A stretch of 47,656 bases of DNA, taken from NCBI GenBank assembly GCA_041746255.1, contig JBGTHM010000075.1, forward strand, positions 1-47,656. The letters run 5' to 3'. This DNA comes from Fibrobacteria bacterium. GTDB taxonomy: Bacteria; Fibrobacterota; Fibrobacteria; UBA11236. Of this stretch, positions 35,667-45,405 are shown piece by piece. Below the pieces are notes generated by a model. That model ran no database searches, was not told the DNA's origin, and worked only from the letters and a program-made list of their open reading frames with translations. How positions within the stretch are numbered: position 1 is the first letter of the stretch; each line of letters opens with the position of its first letter. The position numbers and the translations under genes are program-made.

Positions 35667-37070
35667 TCAGCCGTGGTAGTAAAGCTCGAATTCATAGGGG
35701 TTCGGACGCAGCTTCAGGGGCTCGATCTCGTTCGCCTTCTTGTAGTCGACATAGGCTTGAATCATGTCCGCGTCGAATACGTCACCGGCCAGCAGCCACT
35801 CCTTATCCTTGTCCAGCTCGGAAATGGCTTCCTCAAGGTTTTTGCAAGTGGATGGGATGTGGGCGAGTTCTTCGGGAGGCAATTCGTAGATATTTTTGTC
35901 CATGGCGGGACCGGGTTCGATTTTGTTTTTGATTCCGTCGATCATGGCCATGAGCATGGCGGAAAAGGTGAGGTAAGGGCTACCGTTGCTGTCGGGGCAG
36001 CGGAATTCGAAACGACGCGCCTTGTCTCCTGAAACGTGGGGAATGCGGATCGATGCCGAGCGGTTCGTGGCGGAATAGGCGAGGTTGACGGGAGCCTCGT
36101 AACCCGGCACCAGGCGACGGTAGCTGTTGGCGCTGGAATTGGTAAAAGCCTGAATGGAGCGGCCATGCTTGATGATGCCGCCGATGGCCCAGAGCGCTTC
36201 TTTGCTCATATTCGCATATCCGTCTCCGGCGAATCGGTTTTTACCTTCCTTGGAAATCGAAGCGTGTACATGCATACCGCTGCCGTTGTCGCCCCAAAGC
36301 GGTTTCGGCATGAAAGTAGCCGACTTACCGTGTTTATGCGCGGTATTTTTAACGGCGTATTTCAACTTGTGAACCTGATCGCCGGCCGTGATGATGGTTC
36401 CGAATTGGATTCCGATTTCGCATTGGGCGGTCGCCACTTCATGGTGGTGGATTTCCGGAATCAAACCCATTTTCATCAGGTTCACGACGATTTCGCTGCG
36501 GATGTCCATCAGGGTATCTTGCGGAGAGGTCGGTGCATAACCCTGCTTATGGGCCACTTTATGTCCACGGGATCCCAGTTCCATGCTTGTCCAAGGGCCT
36601 TCGGCCGATTCCAGGGAATAAGAGGCGCGGCGGGGTTCGCTGGAATAGGTCATGCCGTCGAAAATGAAAAATTCGGGTTCTGGCCCGAAGAAGGCGGTGT
36701 CGCCGATTCCCGTGCTGCGGAGATAGGCCAGAGCCTTGGCGGCAACGGAGCGGGGATCACGATTGTAAGGTTGACCGGTGCGTGGTTCCAAAATCGTGCA
36801 GAACATCGCCAACGTGGGTAATTCGCGGAAAGGATCGATATAGGCGGTGGAGGGATCGGGAATCATGATCATGTCGGACTTATCAATCCCTTTCCAACCG
36901 CGGACGGAGGAGCCATCGAACGCCATACCGTCTTTGAACATGGCGTCGTCGAGGCGGCTCACCGGGAAAGTAAAGTGCTGTAAGGAACCGAACAAATCGC
37001 CGAATAACAAGTCTACGAATTGGACATTGTTATCCTTGGCAAGTTTGATGACGTCGTTGGGAGTGCTCAT
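35667..37070 (-). CDS. glnA: Glutamine synthetase type I (GSI-beta)
   Basis: FDGSS, GPEPEFF, HHHEVA, ATFMPKP..DNGSGMHVH, RRLVPGYEAP and NRSASIRIP; adenylylation-site Tyr in DKNIYELPPE; GGAGG RBS. Confidence 0.97.
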   Translation of the reverse strand: MSTPNDVIKLAKDNNVQFVDLLFGDLFGSLQHFTFPVSRLDDAMFKDGMAFDGSSVRGWKGIDKSDMIMIPDPSTAYIDPFRELPTLAMFCTILEPRTGQPYNRDPRSVAAKALAYLRSTGIGDTAFFGPEPEFFIFDGMTYSSEPRRASYSLESAEGPWTSMELGSRGHKVAHKQGYAPTSPQDTLMDIRSEIVVNLMKMGLIPEIHHHEVATAQCEIGIQFGTIITAGDQVHKLKYAVKNTAHKHGKSATFMPKPLWGDNGSGMHVHASISKEGKNRFAGDGYANMSKEALWAIGGIIKHGRSIQAFTNSSANSYRRLVPGYEAPVNLAYSATNRSASIRIPHVSGDKARRFEFRCPDSNGSPYLTFSAMLMAMIDGIKNKIEPGPAMDKNIYELPPEELAHIPSTCKNLEEAISELDKDKEWLLAGDVFDADMIQAYVDYKKANEIEPLKLRPNPYEFELYYHG

Positions 37071-37167
37071 AAGAAGTATATCCTCCGGGATTTATGATGA
37101 TAAGCGAGTGAACGTTGTGAAAATAATGGGAAGCAAAGCTAGCAAAACGGTTGAAATCAAGTTGACT

Positions 37168-37217
37168 GACAATAGAAGACAAAAATGGACGAATCTTAAC
37201 AATTGTCTATATTTGTC
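37168..37217. promoter_or_regulatory. Phased GACAA/TTGTC array forming an imperfect inverted repeat upstream of glnA
   Basis: GACAA 37168, GACAA 37178, GACGA 37188, then TTGTC 37203 and 37213. Confidence 0.45.
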
Positions 37218-37338
37218 ACTTATTTTCCCATGATTCCTTTCTTATTGTCTGAAAATTCGCAGAAATTCCCTGATTTTTGCCAACTATTTCCAAATTCGGA
37301 CCATTCCCGTGTTTGGTTGCGATAGGGTAAAGCTAAGG

Positions 37339-37920
37339 TCATGCCAATTCCGATTCCGAAAAATCTTGATAGAGCTGACTCGCCTGGGGTTGCCTTTGCC
37401 GGCTGTATTTTCCCCGGTAATGGGTGATTTCACCCTCGGGTTTCATGAAATAGACTTGCCCGATGCGTACGTTCGGATAGACGCGGATGGGATGGACGAC
37501 TTCGATTTCGAGAGTCCAGGTCGGATTATGGCAGATAAGTCGATTGTCCGAATCCAGAATGTATCCCCAGCCGACATCGCCGAAGCCGGCGGTGATATGC
37601 GTATTGATTCCCAGGCGTCCGATAGAGCTGCGACCCTCGAACATGGGTATGTAACGATGGCTGGTCGCGGTTTCATTGGTGCATCCCAGATAGAGACATC
37701 CCGGCTGAAGCACCAGACCCTCGGGAGGAATGGCCTGTGTTCGGGTCGGATTGTCTTTACGCATGTCCAGACAAGCGATTTGTTCGAAATCATAGGTCAG
37801 GAGATTGGCGTTCAAGGTGACATCATAGGAATTGGGGCCGAGATGTGCCGACACGAAGGGCGATATGGCAATGGTATCCAATTCCATCTGCCTGAGTATT
37901 TCCTTGCCCGTTAAAATCAT
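37339..37920 (-). CDS. dcd: dCTP deaminase
   Basis: LGPNSYDVTL, EGRSSIGRLG..HITAGFGDVG, WTLEI, IGQVYF and YRGKY..Q. Confidence 0.92.
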   Translation of the reverse strand: MILTGKEILRQMELDTIAISPFVSAHLGPNSYDVTLNANLLTYDFEQIACLDMRKDNPTRTQAIPPEGLVLQPGCLYLGCTNETATSHRYIPMFEGRSSIGRLGINTHITAGFGDVGWGYILDSDNRLICHNPTWTLEIEVVHPIRVYPNVRIGQVYFMKPEGEITHYRGKYSRQRQPQASQLYQDFSESELA

Positions 37921-37994
37921 GGGTATCTACCGTGCCTACCGAAAAAGGGCAAAAGTTAGCAAAAAAAAGAGAGTCGATTGTAAGTTGTTGGCCG

Positions 37995-39227
37995 ATGCTT
38001 CGCCTCTTCCCCTTGCTTATCCTCTCTTTGCTGGCATCGGCCGATGCGGCGGTAATGAAAGGTATTTTTTCCAGCCCTCCGAACGCAGGCTTCGTCCTTC
38101 CGCAAATGCCCCTGTATTTGGCCGTTCCCGACTCCATGGGAGGGTTGGCACTACCTGAATTATTGACCCGGCCGGATAGTGCGTTTAACCGGATTTTAAA
38201 TCGGAAGGCAATTCAAGGCAAGGTCCCCACGGCGGTGGAAAAAAAGTATATCGAGGCCCTCAAGGCCTTGGTAGACGGACGAGTGGGTGATGCGCGACGG
38301 TACTGGCAGCAGGCTCGTGGGGGAAAATGGGATCAAGAGCAACACGCTGCCTTGGCGACCAACGCTGCCATCATGCTTTTCGCCGTGGGATTGCATTCCC
38401 AAGCGGAGGCGGAGTTCCGGGAGATTACCCGCCAATTCCCGGTCTATCCAGCCGCCTGGTTGAACCTCTATTCGATGGCGTTGGCCAAGGGGGATGTGAA
38501 TACGGCTTGGCATTGGCTGGAAGCCCGCTTAGGGGTGGATCCCCGGGATGAATGGGCAATAATCGGAAAGGCTTACCTGTGGAGCCGTGCGGGCAGGCAC
38601 GAGCTTGCCGAAGCTCACCTTCGCGAGTATTCCGCCTGGCAGGATTCATTACCGCAAGTGCAATTGGTTTATGCGCGCCTGCTCAAAGAGTCGGGAAGGC
38701 TCACCGAAGCGGCGCGATATTACGGGTTGGGTTTGGAAAGCCGAAGCGGGGAGGGGGAGTCCTGGTTGGAACTCGCCGATGTGTACTTTCAAAAAGGCTG
38801 GCTGGTTTTTGCCCATCAATGCATTGTGAAGGCTTTCCGCGAAGGCATATCCACATTTTACGCTTATGAACTTTTCGGAAAGGTGCTGGCTGATTTCAAC
38901 ACCCGCGAAAGCTGGAAGGGCGCGGAAAGGGTATTGGAGGACGGTTTACCCAAAGACCCGCATAGTCGTGCTTTGGCACAACTCTTATACCATGCCTATG
39001 CCCGTAACGGAGAAGTGGAAAAGGCGCGCAACCTGAGGGCGCAAGTGTGGTTTCATTTCACGGCGCCTTATCCCGTGGCCCGGGTTCCGTCCCTTCGGTT
39101 TAAACAGGGACATCGCTTTTCCGGGGACGCCACGGGTTTGCATTATCGCCTCTCGTACATAACCGCACCGCTGCTTATCGCTTTCACGCGCAACGATTTC
39201 CTCAGTTTCGAATCCACCCTTCCTTGA
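37995..39227 (+). CDS. Exported tetratricopeptide-repeat protein
   Basis: Signal peptide MLRLFPLLILSLLASADA; TPR-like helices (AWLNL, SWLELADVY, AYELFGKVL). Confidence 0.7.
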   Translation: MLRLFPLLILSLLASADAAVMKGIFSSPPNAGFVLPQMPLYLAVPDSMGGLALPELLTRPDSAFNRILNRKAIQGKVPTAVEKKYIEALKALVDGRVGDARRYWQQARGGKWDQEQHAALATNAAIMLFAVGLHSQAEAEFREITRQFPVYPAAWLNLYSMALAKGDVNTAWHWLEARLGVDPRDEWAIIGKAYLWSRAGRHELAEAHLREYSAWQDSLPQVQLVYARLLKESGRLTEAARYYGLGLESRSGEGESWLELADVYFQKGWLVFAHQCIVKAFREGISTFYAYELFGKVLADFNTRESWKGAERVLEDGLPKDPHSRALAQLLYHAYARNGEVEKARNLRAQVWFHFTAPYPVARVPSLRFKQGHRFSGDATGLHYRLSYITAPLLIAFTRNDFLSFESTLP

Positions 39228-39246
39228 GGGTATCCCAAAATGGGGC

Positions 39247-40413
39247 TCAGGCGGGAAGGGCAAAATCGCCCAAGGCCTTTTTCCGCCGGGGATTGAAGGC
39301 GCTCAAGTCGAAGGGAGTTTTTTCCGCATGCAGAAGCTTGGCAATGCACTGAGCTGACAGCGGTGCCATGCTGATTCCACATTTGTAATGTCCCGCACAG
39401 ATAAGCAATGATTTGTCCGGGTGTAAAAAGCCGAGCAGGGGAAGCCGGTCACGCGTGCGGGGGCGAATACCGCTCCAGGTTTCCAAGGCGGTGGCGTCTA
39501 CTTTGCCTAAAAATCCGCGCAGACGGCCGACGAGGTAATCACGCCCCGCTTCGGTAAAATCCTCTTCCCAAACGCCGGCCTCGGTGGTGGCGCCAACCAC
39601 AAGGGAATCTCCGCGCGGTACCAGGTAGATTTCCTCGCTGAGATGCACCAGGGCATCTTCTCTAAAAAACCGGGGCATTCTCAGCATTTGCCCTTTGACG
39701 GGAACCAGCAAACTCGGCATGTCCAGCAATGCGAGCAAATCATTGGTCCAGGCGCCCGCCGACAACAACAGCTTTTCACCTGCAATCACCCGCTCTCCGC
39801 AGGCTATGTTCCAATCTCCCGCGCCGTCACGGTATATTTTTTGAATCGTCCGCCCGGTAGCAAAGGTTACGCTCGTTTTTTCACAGGCAAGTCTTAAAAT
39901 TTCCAGGAGGTCGCGGTTGTGAATATATGCTTCCTGGGGAAAGTGGATTACCCGGTAATCGCCCAGAGTGACATGGGGTTGCAGGAATGCGGGCGCGGTA
40001 TCCAGCACTTCGAAATCGACCGCTCCCTCCTTCTGTAATTGGTCGAGACGCCTTTGCAAGTCGACGTCATCCCCTTTGCCTGCAAGCGGAAAAAATTGAT
40101 AATCGGAACAGGTATGGATGCGAAGGTTACGGCCAGTAAGCTCGCAGAGCTTGGCCACCCACTCGGGATAGGCCTGGATGGAGCGGACGTAGAATTCCCG
40201 GAAAGGCGAGTGGAAGATACGCGCACCCCGGGTTACCAAGAGGCCGGCGGCGGCCCAGGATGCCTTGCTCCCGGGAGGGTGGGGGTCGACTATGCAGACG
40301 CTTCGGCCTCGTAAACCTGCTTCCAAGGCGCAAGCCATACCCATGATACCCGCCCCGGCCACGATGAGGTCGAAGCGGGAGTTTCCGGAGGCGGGAGATG
40401 CGAAGCCGCTCAT
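39247..40413 (-). CDS. FAD-dependent oxidoreductase, glycine oxidase ThiO/DAO family
   Basis: GAGIMG, ASWAAAGLL, PVKGQM, YLVPR..VVGATTE, WSGIRP and GHYKCGISMAP. Confidence 0.85.
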   Translation of the reverse strand: MSGFASPASGNSRFDLIVAGAGIMGMACALEAGLRGRSVCIVDPHPPGSKASWAAAGLLVTRGARIFHSPFREFYVRSIQAYPEWVAKLCELTGRNLRIHTCSDYQFFPLAGKGDDVDLQRRLDQLQKEGAVDFEVLDTAPAFLQPHVTLGDYRVIHFPQEAYIHNRDLLEILRLACEKTSVTFATGRTIQKIYRDGAGDWNIACGERVIAGEKLLLSAGAWTNDLLALLDMPSLLVPVKGQMLRMPRFFREDALVHLSEEIYLVPRGDSLVVGATTEAGVWEEDFTEAGRDYLVGRLRGFLGKVDATALETWSGIRPRTRDRLPLLGFLHPDKSLLICAGHYKCGISMAPLSAQCIAKLLHAEKTPFDLSAFNPRRKKALGDFALPA

Positions 40414-40438
40414 GGTAAGGGGTTAACGGCGGCCATGC

Positions 40439-41860
40439 TCAGGCTTTAACTGTCGAGGCGAATAGATTCGCAGCCGCGCCTAAATCGGCGAAGAAATGGA
40501 TTTGGCTGCGCACGGCTTTATGAAAGTCGGAAAGGTCCAGGCTTTCGTTTTCCGAATGCGCATTGGTATAGGGATCCTCGATTCCCACCAGCAAGGCCGG
40601 AATATCGCCCAATGCCTTGGTGAAATGGTCCACAAAGGGAATGGTGCCGCCGCATCCGATGAGTACGGCTTCGCGGCCGTAACCTTGACGTAACGACTCC
40701 TTGGCCAGGGCGAAAACGGGATGGTCGGGCCGGGTCATCCAGGCATTGGCTCCCTGTTCGGGTACGACTTGGCAACGCAGCCCCCAGGGACAAGCGCTCT
40801 GGATGGCTGCGATCAAAAGGCGCATGGCCTCCTTATGATCGATATCCGGAACCAGGCGCAGCCCGATGCGGGCCCAGGCCGAGTCCATAATGACATTGCC
40901 GGCGATTTTCCGTCCGCCCGATTGAATGGAATTGACGACCAAAGACGGTTCGCGCCAGGTTTTCAAAAGCAGTTCATGGCCGTTGCCGAATAGGTGTACG
41001 CCTGGCTCGATTCCGGCCTGCTTTCTGAAGATGGCATTGTCCATTCCCAGGCGGCGCATGTCTTCCAACTCGGCTTCAGTCGGCGGAACTACCATTTCCC
41101 ACAATTCAGGAAGCGTGACCCGTCCTTTTTCATCTACGAGCGTGGCCAAGATTTTCGCCAGTCCCATGATGGGGTCGGGTATAGGGCCGCCCCACATGCC
41201 CGAATGCAAGGGGTGATCCAAGGCGGTTACCGTCACATCCATGCTGATGAGGCCGCGCAAGGTCGTCGTCAGGCTGGGAAGACCCGTGTCGAAATTGCTG
41301 CAATCGGTCAGGACCATACAATCGGCTTTCAGGATTTCCCGATAGGTGGTGAGGAAAGTCGCGAGGTGGGTGGAACCGATTTCCTCCTCGCCTTCAATGA
41401 TGACCTTCACATTCACCGGCAGGCTTCCCGCGGTTTTCAGCCATGCCGCGATACTGGCGACATGGATAAGCACCCCGGCCTTGTCGTCGGCGATTCCGCG
41501 CGCGAAAAGACGGCCATCCCTTTCCGTAGGTTCGAAAACCGGCGAGCGCCAAAGCTCCTCACGCATGGGCGGCTGCACGTCGTGATGGGCGTAAAGCAGC
41601 ACCGTGGGCGCCCCGGGATTGTGCAACCATTCGCCGTATACATAAGGATGCGTATCGGGAATGCGCATGATGCGCACGTTTTCCAGACCCGCTTCTTCCA
41701 GCAGGCCACTTACGAACACGGCGGAGCGCTCCACTTCGGCCGGGGAAAAGCCGTCGAAGCTCACTCCGGGAATTCGCGTCAATTCTTTCAGATTCTCCAC
41801 ATGTTTATCGCGTAGGCTTTCATAATGCGAAAGCGCGGCGGCGCGTAAATCTGCCTTCAC
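40439..41860 (-). CDS. M20 family metallopeptidase (dipeptidase-like)
   Basis: YAHHDVQP, ARGIADDK, EGEEEIGS, LHSG, GGTIPF and AHSENE. Confidence 0.9.
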   Translation of the reverse strand: MKADLRAAALSHYESLRDKHVENLKELTRIPGVSFDGFSPAEVERSAVFVSGLLEEAGLENVRIMRIPDTHPYVYGEWLHNPGAPTVLLYAHHDVQPPMREELWRSPVFEPTERDGRLFARGIADDKAGVLIHVASIAAWLKTAGSLPVNVKVIIEGEEEIGSTHLATFLTTYREILKADCMVLTDCSNFDTGLPSLTTTLRGLISMDVTVTALDHPLHSGMWGGPIPDPIMGLAKILATLVDEKGRVTLPELWEMVVPPTEAELEDMRRLGMDNAIFRKQAGIEPGVHLFGNGHELLLKTWREPSLVVNSIQSGGRKIAGNVIMDSAWARIGLRLVPDIDHKEAMRLLIAAIQSACPWGLRCQVVPEQGANAWMTRPDHPVFALAKESLRQGYGREAVLIGCGGTIPFVDHFTKALGDIPALLVGIEDPYTNAHSENESLDLSDFHKAVRSQIHFFADLGAAANLFASTVKA

Positions 41861-41863
41861 CCG

Positions 41864-43624
41864 TCAAGCTCCTTTGTCGTCGGCAGCGCGCCAACTGTCC
41901 CAGACGGGCTTTACCGCCCGGCTGATTATCGCTTCATCCATTCCGAATTGGATTCCCGCCGACTGGAAAAGGTCGCGCAAACCTCGAGTGCCGCCTAGTC
42001 GGAGGGCGCTCTTGTAATCCCGTAATGCGGCCGATTCATCGAGCAGAGACCGTTGCCAAACCTGCAAGGCCCCCAGCTGGGCGATTCCGTATTCAATGTA
42101 ATAAAAGGGGACTTCGAAAATATGCAATTGCTTTTGCCAGGCATGTCCCCTGAATTCCTCCAAGCCGCTCCAGTCGATATTTGCGCCGAAGCGGGAATCC
42201 AAATCCAACCATTGCCTTTCCCGTTGTTTACGGTCATGCGGATGGGAGTAAAGCCAGAATTGGAAGGCGTCCACGGTAGCTACCCAGGGAAACAACCGGA
42301 TGACGTCTTCGTCGGCGCCGGCCAAGGCTCGCAGCTTTTCCGCGGGCGAATAAAACTCATCGAGGTACTTGCCCGCCAGCCTTTCCATTCCCATGGAAGC
42401 GACCTCGCTGAATTCCATCGCCGCATGCCGATTGAAGTCGAGGTCCATTTCGCGCGCGCTGAAATAATGGAAAGCATGCCCGCTTTCATGCAGCAAGGTG
42501 AAGACGTCCTCATTCATTCCCACCGAGTTCATGAAAATGAAGGGAAGGCGGACTTCGCTCAGGCTGCTTTGATACCCACCCGGAGCCTTTCCGGCGCGAT
42601 TTTCCAAATCCATCAGGCCTAAGTCGCGCATTTTCCGGTATTGGGCGGCCAGTTCCGGATCCAGCCGTTGAAAAATATTTTCCACCCCGTCCATCAACTC
42701 TTGCGAGGTTTTAAAGGGCTTAAGCGGAGCCCGTCCTTGCGGATCGCAGCTTAAATCCCAGGGCCGCAAAGTTTCCAATCCCAATTTGCGACGGCGCCTT
42801 TCCATCATTTCCCGGTAAAGCGGAACCACCGCCGTCTCCACGCCTTTATGGAAGGCAAGGCAATCTTCGGAGCCATAGTCGGTTCGTAAATAACTTTGAA
42901 AGGCGAAATCGATATAGCCGGGCAAGCCTAAGTGGCGCGCTTTTTCACTGCGCAAGGCCAGCATCTCATCGAAAATGTCGTCGAGCTTGTCCTTGTCGGC
43001 GCTGCGTCTCTCAGCGCCTTTGCGCCAAGCCTTTTCCCGCACGGACCGCTCCGAGCTTTGCAAATAGGGGGCCAATTGGCTCAGGGTTTTGCTTTCACCG
43101 TCCCAATCAACCGTCATTTCGCCGGAAATTTTCTGGTATTCCTGTGACAACTTGGAGATCTTGGTTTGCAAGGGCACGTTTTTGGGATGAAATAGACGAA
43201 CGGACGTGGTCAAAGATTGCCGCCATTTCCCGTATAAATCATCCGGCAATGCTTGGGAAAGCGGGTGGTCGATGAGTTTTTGATTGAGTGCGTCCAATTC
43301 AGGCGCCAACTTCGGTTCGATTTCCTCGACGAAATGCAAATAGGCTTTTTCCTTCGCCTCATCGCGGGTATCGCAAGTCATGGCGATATACTGGCGTGAA
43401 CTCTCTTCACCCACTACGCTGGAAAATTCGGCATAGTCGGCTATCCAATGGAGTAAATCCTGTTTATCGGCAATCCGTCTATCCCGCAATTCCCCCAAAT
43501 AGGGTTCGAGCGCATGCCAGTCGGAGAGATTCATCCCCGAAGGCAGGTATTTACGGGGAAATTCCACGCTGGGACGAGGAACCCGTCGCTGCCAGTCATC
43601 TTGGGTTGCTTGTATCATTGCCAT
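41864..43624 (-). CDS. M3B oligoendopeptidase F family
   Basis: GKAPGGY, LPFIFMN, HESGHAFH (HExxH), EVASMGME and HIFEVPFYYIEY. Start ATG 43624 or 43618. Confidence 0.9.
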   Translation of the reverse strand: MAMIQATQDDWQRRVPRPSVEFPRKYLPSGMNLSDWHALEPYLGELRDRRIADKQDLLHWIADYAEFSSVVGEESSRQYIAMTCDTRDEAKEKAYLHFVEEIEPKLAPELDALNQKLIDHPLSQALPDDLYGKWRQSLTTSVRLFHPKNVPLQTKISKLSQEYQKISGEMTVDWDGESKTLSQLAPYLQSSERSVREKAWRKGAERRSADKDKLDDIFDEMLALRSEKARHLGLPGYIDFAFQSYLRTDYGSEDCLAFHKGVETAVVPLYREMMERRRRKLGLETLRPWDLSCDPQGRAPLKPFKTSQELMDGVENIFQRLDPELAAQYRKMRDLGLMDLENRAGKAPGGYQSSLSEVRLPFIFMNSVGMNEDVFTLLHESGHAFHYFSAREMDLDFNRHAAMEFSEVASMGMERLAGKYLDEFYSPAEKLRALAGADEDVIRLFPWVATVDAFQFWLYSHPHDRKQRERQWLDLDSRFGANIDWSGLEEFRGHAWQKQLHIFEVPFYYIEYGIAQLGALQVWQRSLLDESAALRDYKSALRLGGTRGLRDLFQSAGIQFGMDEAIISRAVKPVWDSWRAADDKGA

Positions 43625-43716
43625 AATAAAAAAGGTTTTTCCCGGTCTGGCAACCCACGCGGGCATTGCTTAACTTTCGGCCGGTTAATATCTTATCGCC
43701 CTCCCAAAGGTTTTCC

Positions 43717-45288
43717 ATGCTCGAAGAAATACGCAAGCGACGCACATTCGCCATTGTCAGCCATCCTGACGCGGGTAAAACCACGATTACGGAAAAATTC
43801 CTGTGGTATGGCAATGTCATTCGCGAAGCCGGGCATGTCCGTGCCAAGACCAATAAGAAATTCACCACTTCCGACTGGATGAAAATCGAGCAGCAGCGAG
43901 GAATCTCCGTTTCTTCCTCCGTGCTCTCTTTTCCCTATGAGGGGTGCCAGGTGAACCTGGTGGATACTCCGGGCCATCAGGACTTTTGCGAAGATACCTA
44001 TCGCGCCCTGACGGCGGTGGATTCCGTGTTGGTGCTGCTCGATTCCGCGAAGGGGGTCGAGCCGCAAACCATCAAGCTGATGGAAGTTTGCCGGATGCGG
44101 CGCTCACCGGTTACGGTATTCATGAACAAATTCGACCGTGAGAGCCTTGATCCCGTCACTTTAATGGACCAGGTTGAGGATATTCTGGGCTTGCATTGCG
44201 CACCTATGACTTTCCCCATCGGTAGCGGCAAGGACTTCCGGGGGGTATATGCCTTCTTCGATCAAACCGTCCATTTCTACCTGCCGGACGAGCAAGCGGT
44301 TCGCATTGAGAAGGTGGAAGGGATCCATGATCCCAAATTGGATAATTGGTTCGAAGAAAGGCCTTTGCGTGAATTCAGGGAGCAGGCGGAATTGGTGCAA
44401 GGCGCCAGCGAACCCTTTCACCTGGAAAAATATTTGCGGGGTGACCAATCCCCGGTTTATTTCGGCTCGGCGATCAATAACTTCGGAGTCAAGCATCTTC
44501 TCGACAGCTTCGTCCGTTATGCGCCCCCTCCCATGTCGCGCCAGGCCGAGCAACGAACGGTGGAAGCCACGGAAGAACAATTTACCGGGTTCGTCTTCAA
44601 GATCCAGGCCAACACCGACCCCAAACATCGGGACCGGGTGGCCTTTGTGCGCATTTGTTCCGGTCGCTTCGAGCGCGGCGCCAAAGTAATGCATTGCCGC
44701 ACCGGCCGGCTGGTGCGGTTGGCGGCGCCTTCCACGCTCATGGCGAACGACAAGACCACCGTCGATGAAGCTTTCGCGGGAGATATAATCGGTATCCATG
44801 ATCCGGGCCTTTACAATATCAGCGATACGCTTTCCGCCTCCGAAAAACTCGACTTCGTCGGTATACCTGATTTCGCTCCGGAATTCTTCTCCAAGGTTTA
44901 TCTGGAAGACCCGCTGCGGAGCAAGCAACTGGCGCAGGGTCTCAAGCAACTGTCGGAGGAAGGAGCCACCCAACTTTTCCACCCGGTACAAAGCCCCGTT
45001 CCCGTGCTCGGAGTGGTAGGCGTATTGCAATTCGATGTGATCAAGTTTCGCTTAGAAGAGGAATACAACGCCAAATGCCGGCTCGAATCGGCTTCCATTC
45101 ATGCCGCCCGTTGGCTCAGCGGAGACCCCGCCGAGTTGGCGGATTTCAGATCCCAAAATGCTCATGACATGGCTACGGACAAGCGGGGCAACCCGGTTTA
45201 TCTCTGTCCCAACGAGTACCGTCTCGATCTCATGCGCAAAAATTTTAAAGGTCTCAAATTCTCCAAGTTTTTTAACGCGCCTGAGTAG
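43717..45288 (+). CDS. prfC: Peptide chain release factor 3
   Basis: RRTFAIVSHPDAGKTT, SDWMKIEQQRGISV, DTPGHQDF, NKFD and FKIQAN.DPKHRDR. Confidence 0.96.
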   Translation: MLEEIRKRRTFAIVSHPDAGKTTITEKFLWYGNVIREAGHVRAKTNKKFTTSDWMKIEQQRGISVSSSVLSFPYEGCQVNLVDTPGHQDFCEDTYRALTAVDSVLVLLDSAKGVEPQTIKLMEVCRMRRSPVTVFMNKFDRESLDPVTLMDQVEDILGLHCAPMTFPIGSGKDFRGVYAFFDQTVHFYLPDEQAVRIEKVEGIHDPKLDNWFEERPLREFREQAELVQGASEPFHLEKYLRGDQSPVYFGSAINNFGVKHLLDSFVRYAPPPMSRQAEQRTVEATEEQFTGFVFKIQANTDPKHRDRVAFVRICSGRFERGAKVMHCRTGRLVRLAAPSTLMANDKTTVDEAFAGDIIGIHDPGLYNISDTLSASEKLDFVGIPDFAPEFFSKVYLEDPLRSKQLAQGLKQLSEEGATQLFHPVQSPVPVLGVVGVLQFDVIKFRLEEEYNAKCRLESASIHAARWLSGDPAELADFRSQNAHDMATDKRGNPVYLCPNEYRLDLMRKNFKGLKFSKFFNAPE

Positions 45289-45405
45289 GTTCAGTGCAGG
45301 TCGAATCCCTGGGACGGTTGGGTACAGCCGAATTGCCCTGGGGCTTTTTGCGCTGAGCGAATTTTATTCTGGACAGAGCTCTATCGCCCCGTCTAAGATA
45401 GAGCA

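Noticed and set aside
37125..37150. Sigma-54 promoter for glnA
   Set aside because: A TTGC -12-like element is present, but the invariant GG at -24 is absent (TTTTGC).
17975..45030. Long antisense ORFs (17975-18790, 36036-36821, 40994-41815, 44161-45030 and similar)
   Set aside because: Shadows of conserved, codon-biased genes (fabF, glnA, M20 peptidase, prfC) with no recognisable motifs.
45289..45370. ncRNA after prfC (GGTCGAATCC, CGGTTG-ggta-CAGCCG hairpin)
   Set aside because: No tRNA cloverleaf or SRP/tmRNA signature; most likely a terminator-like hairpin.
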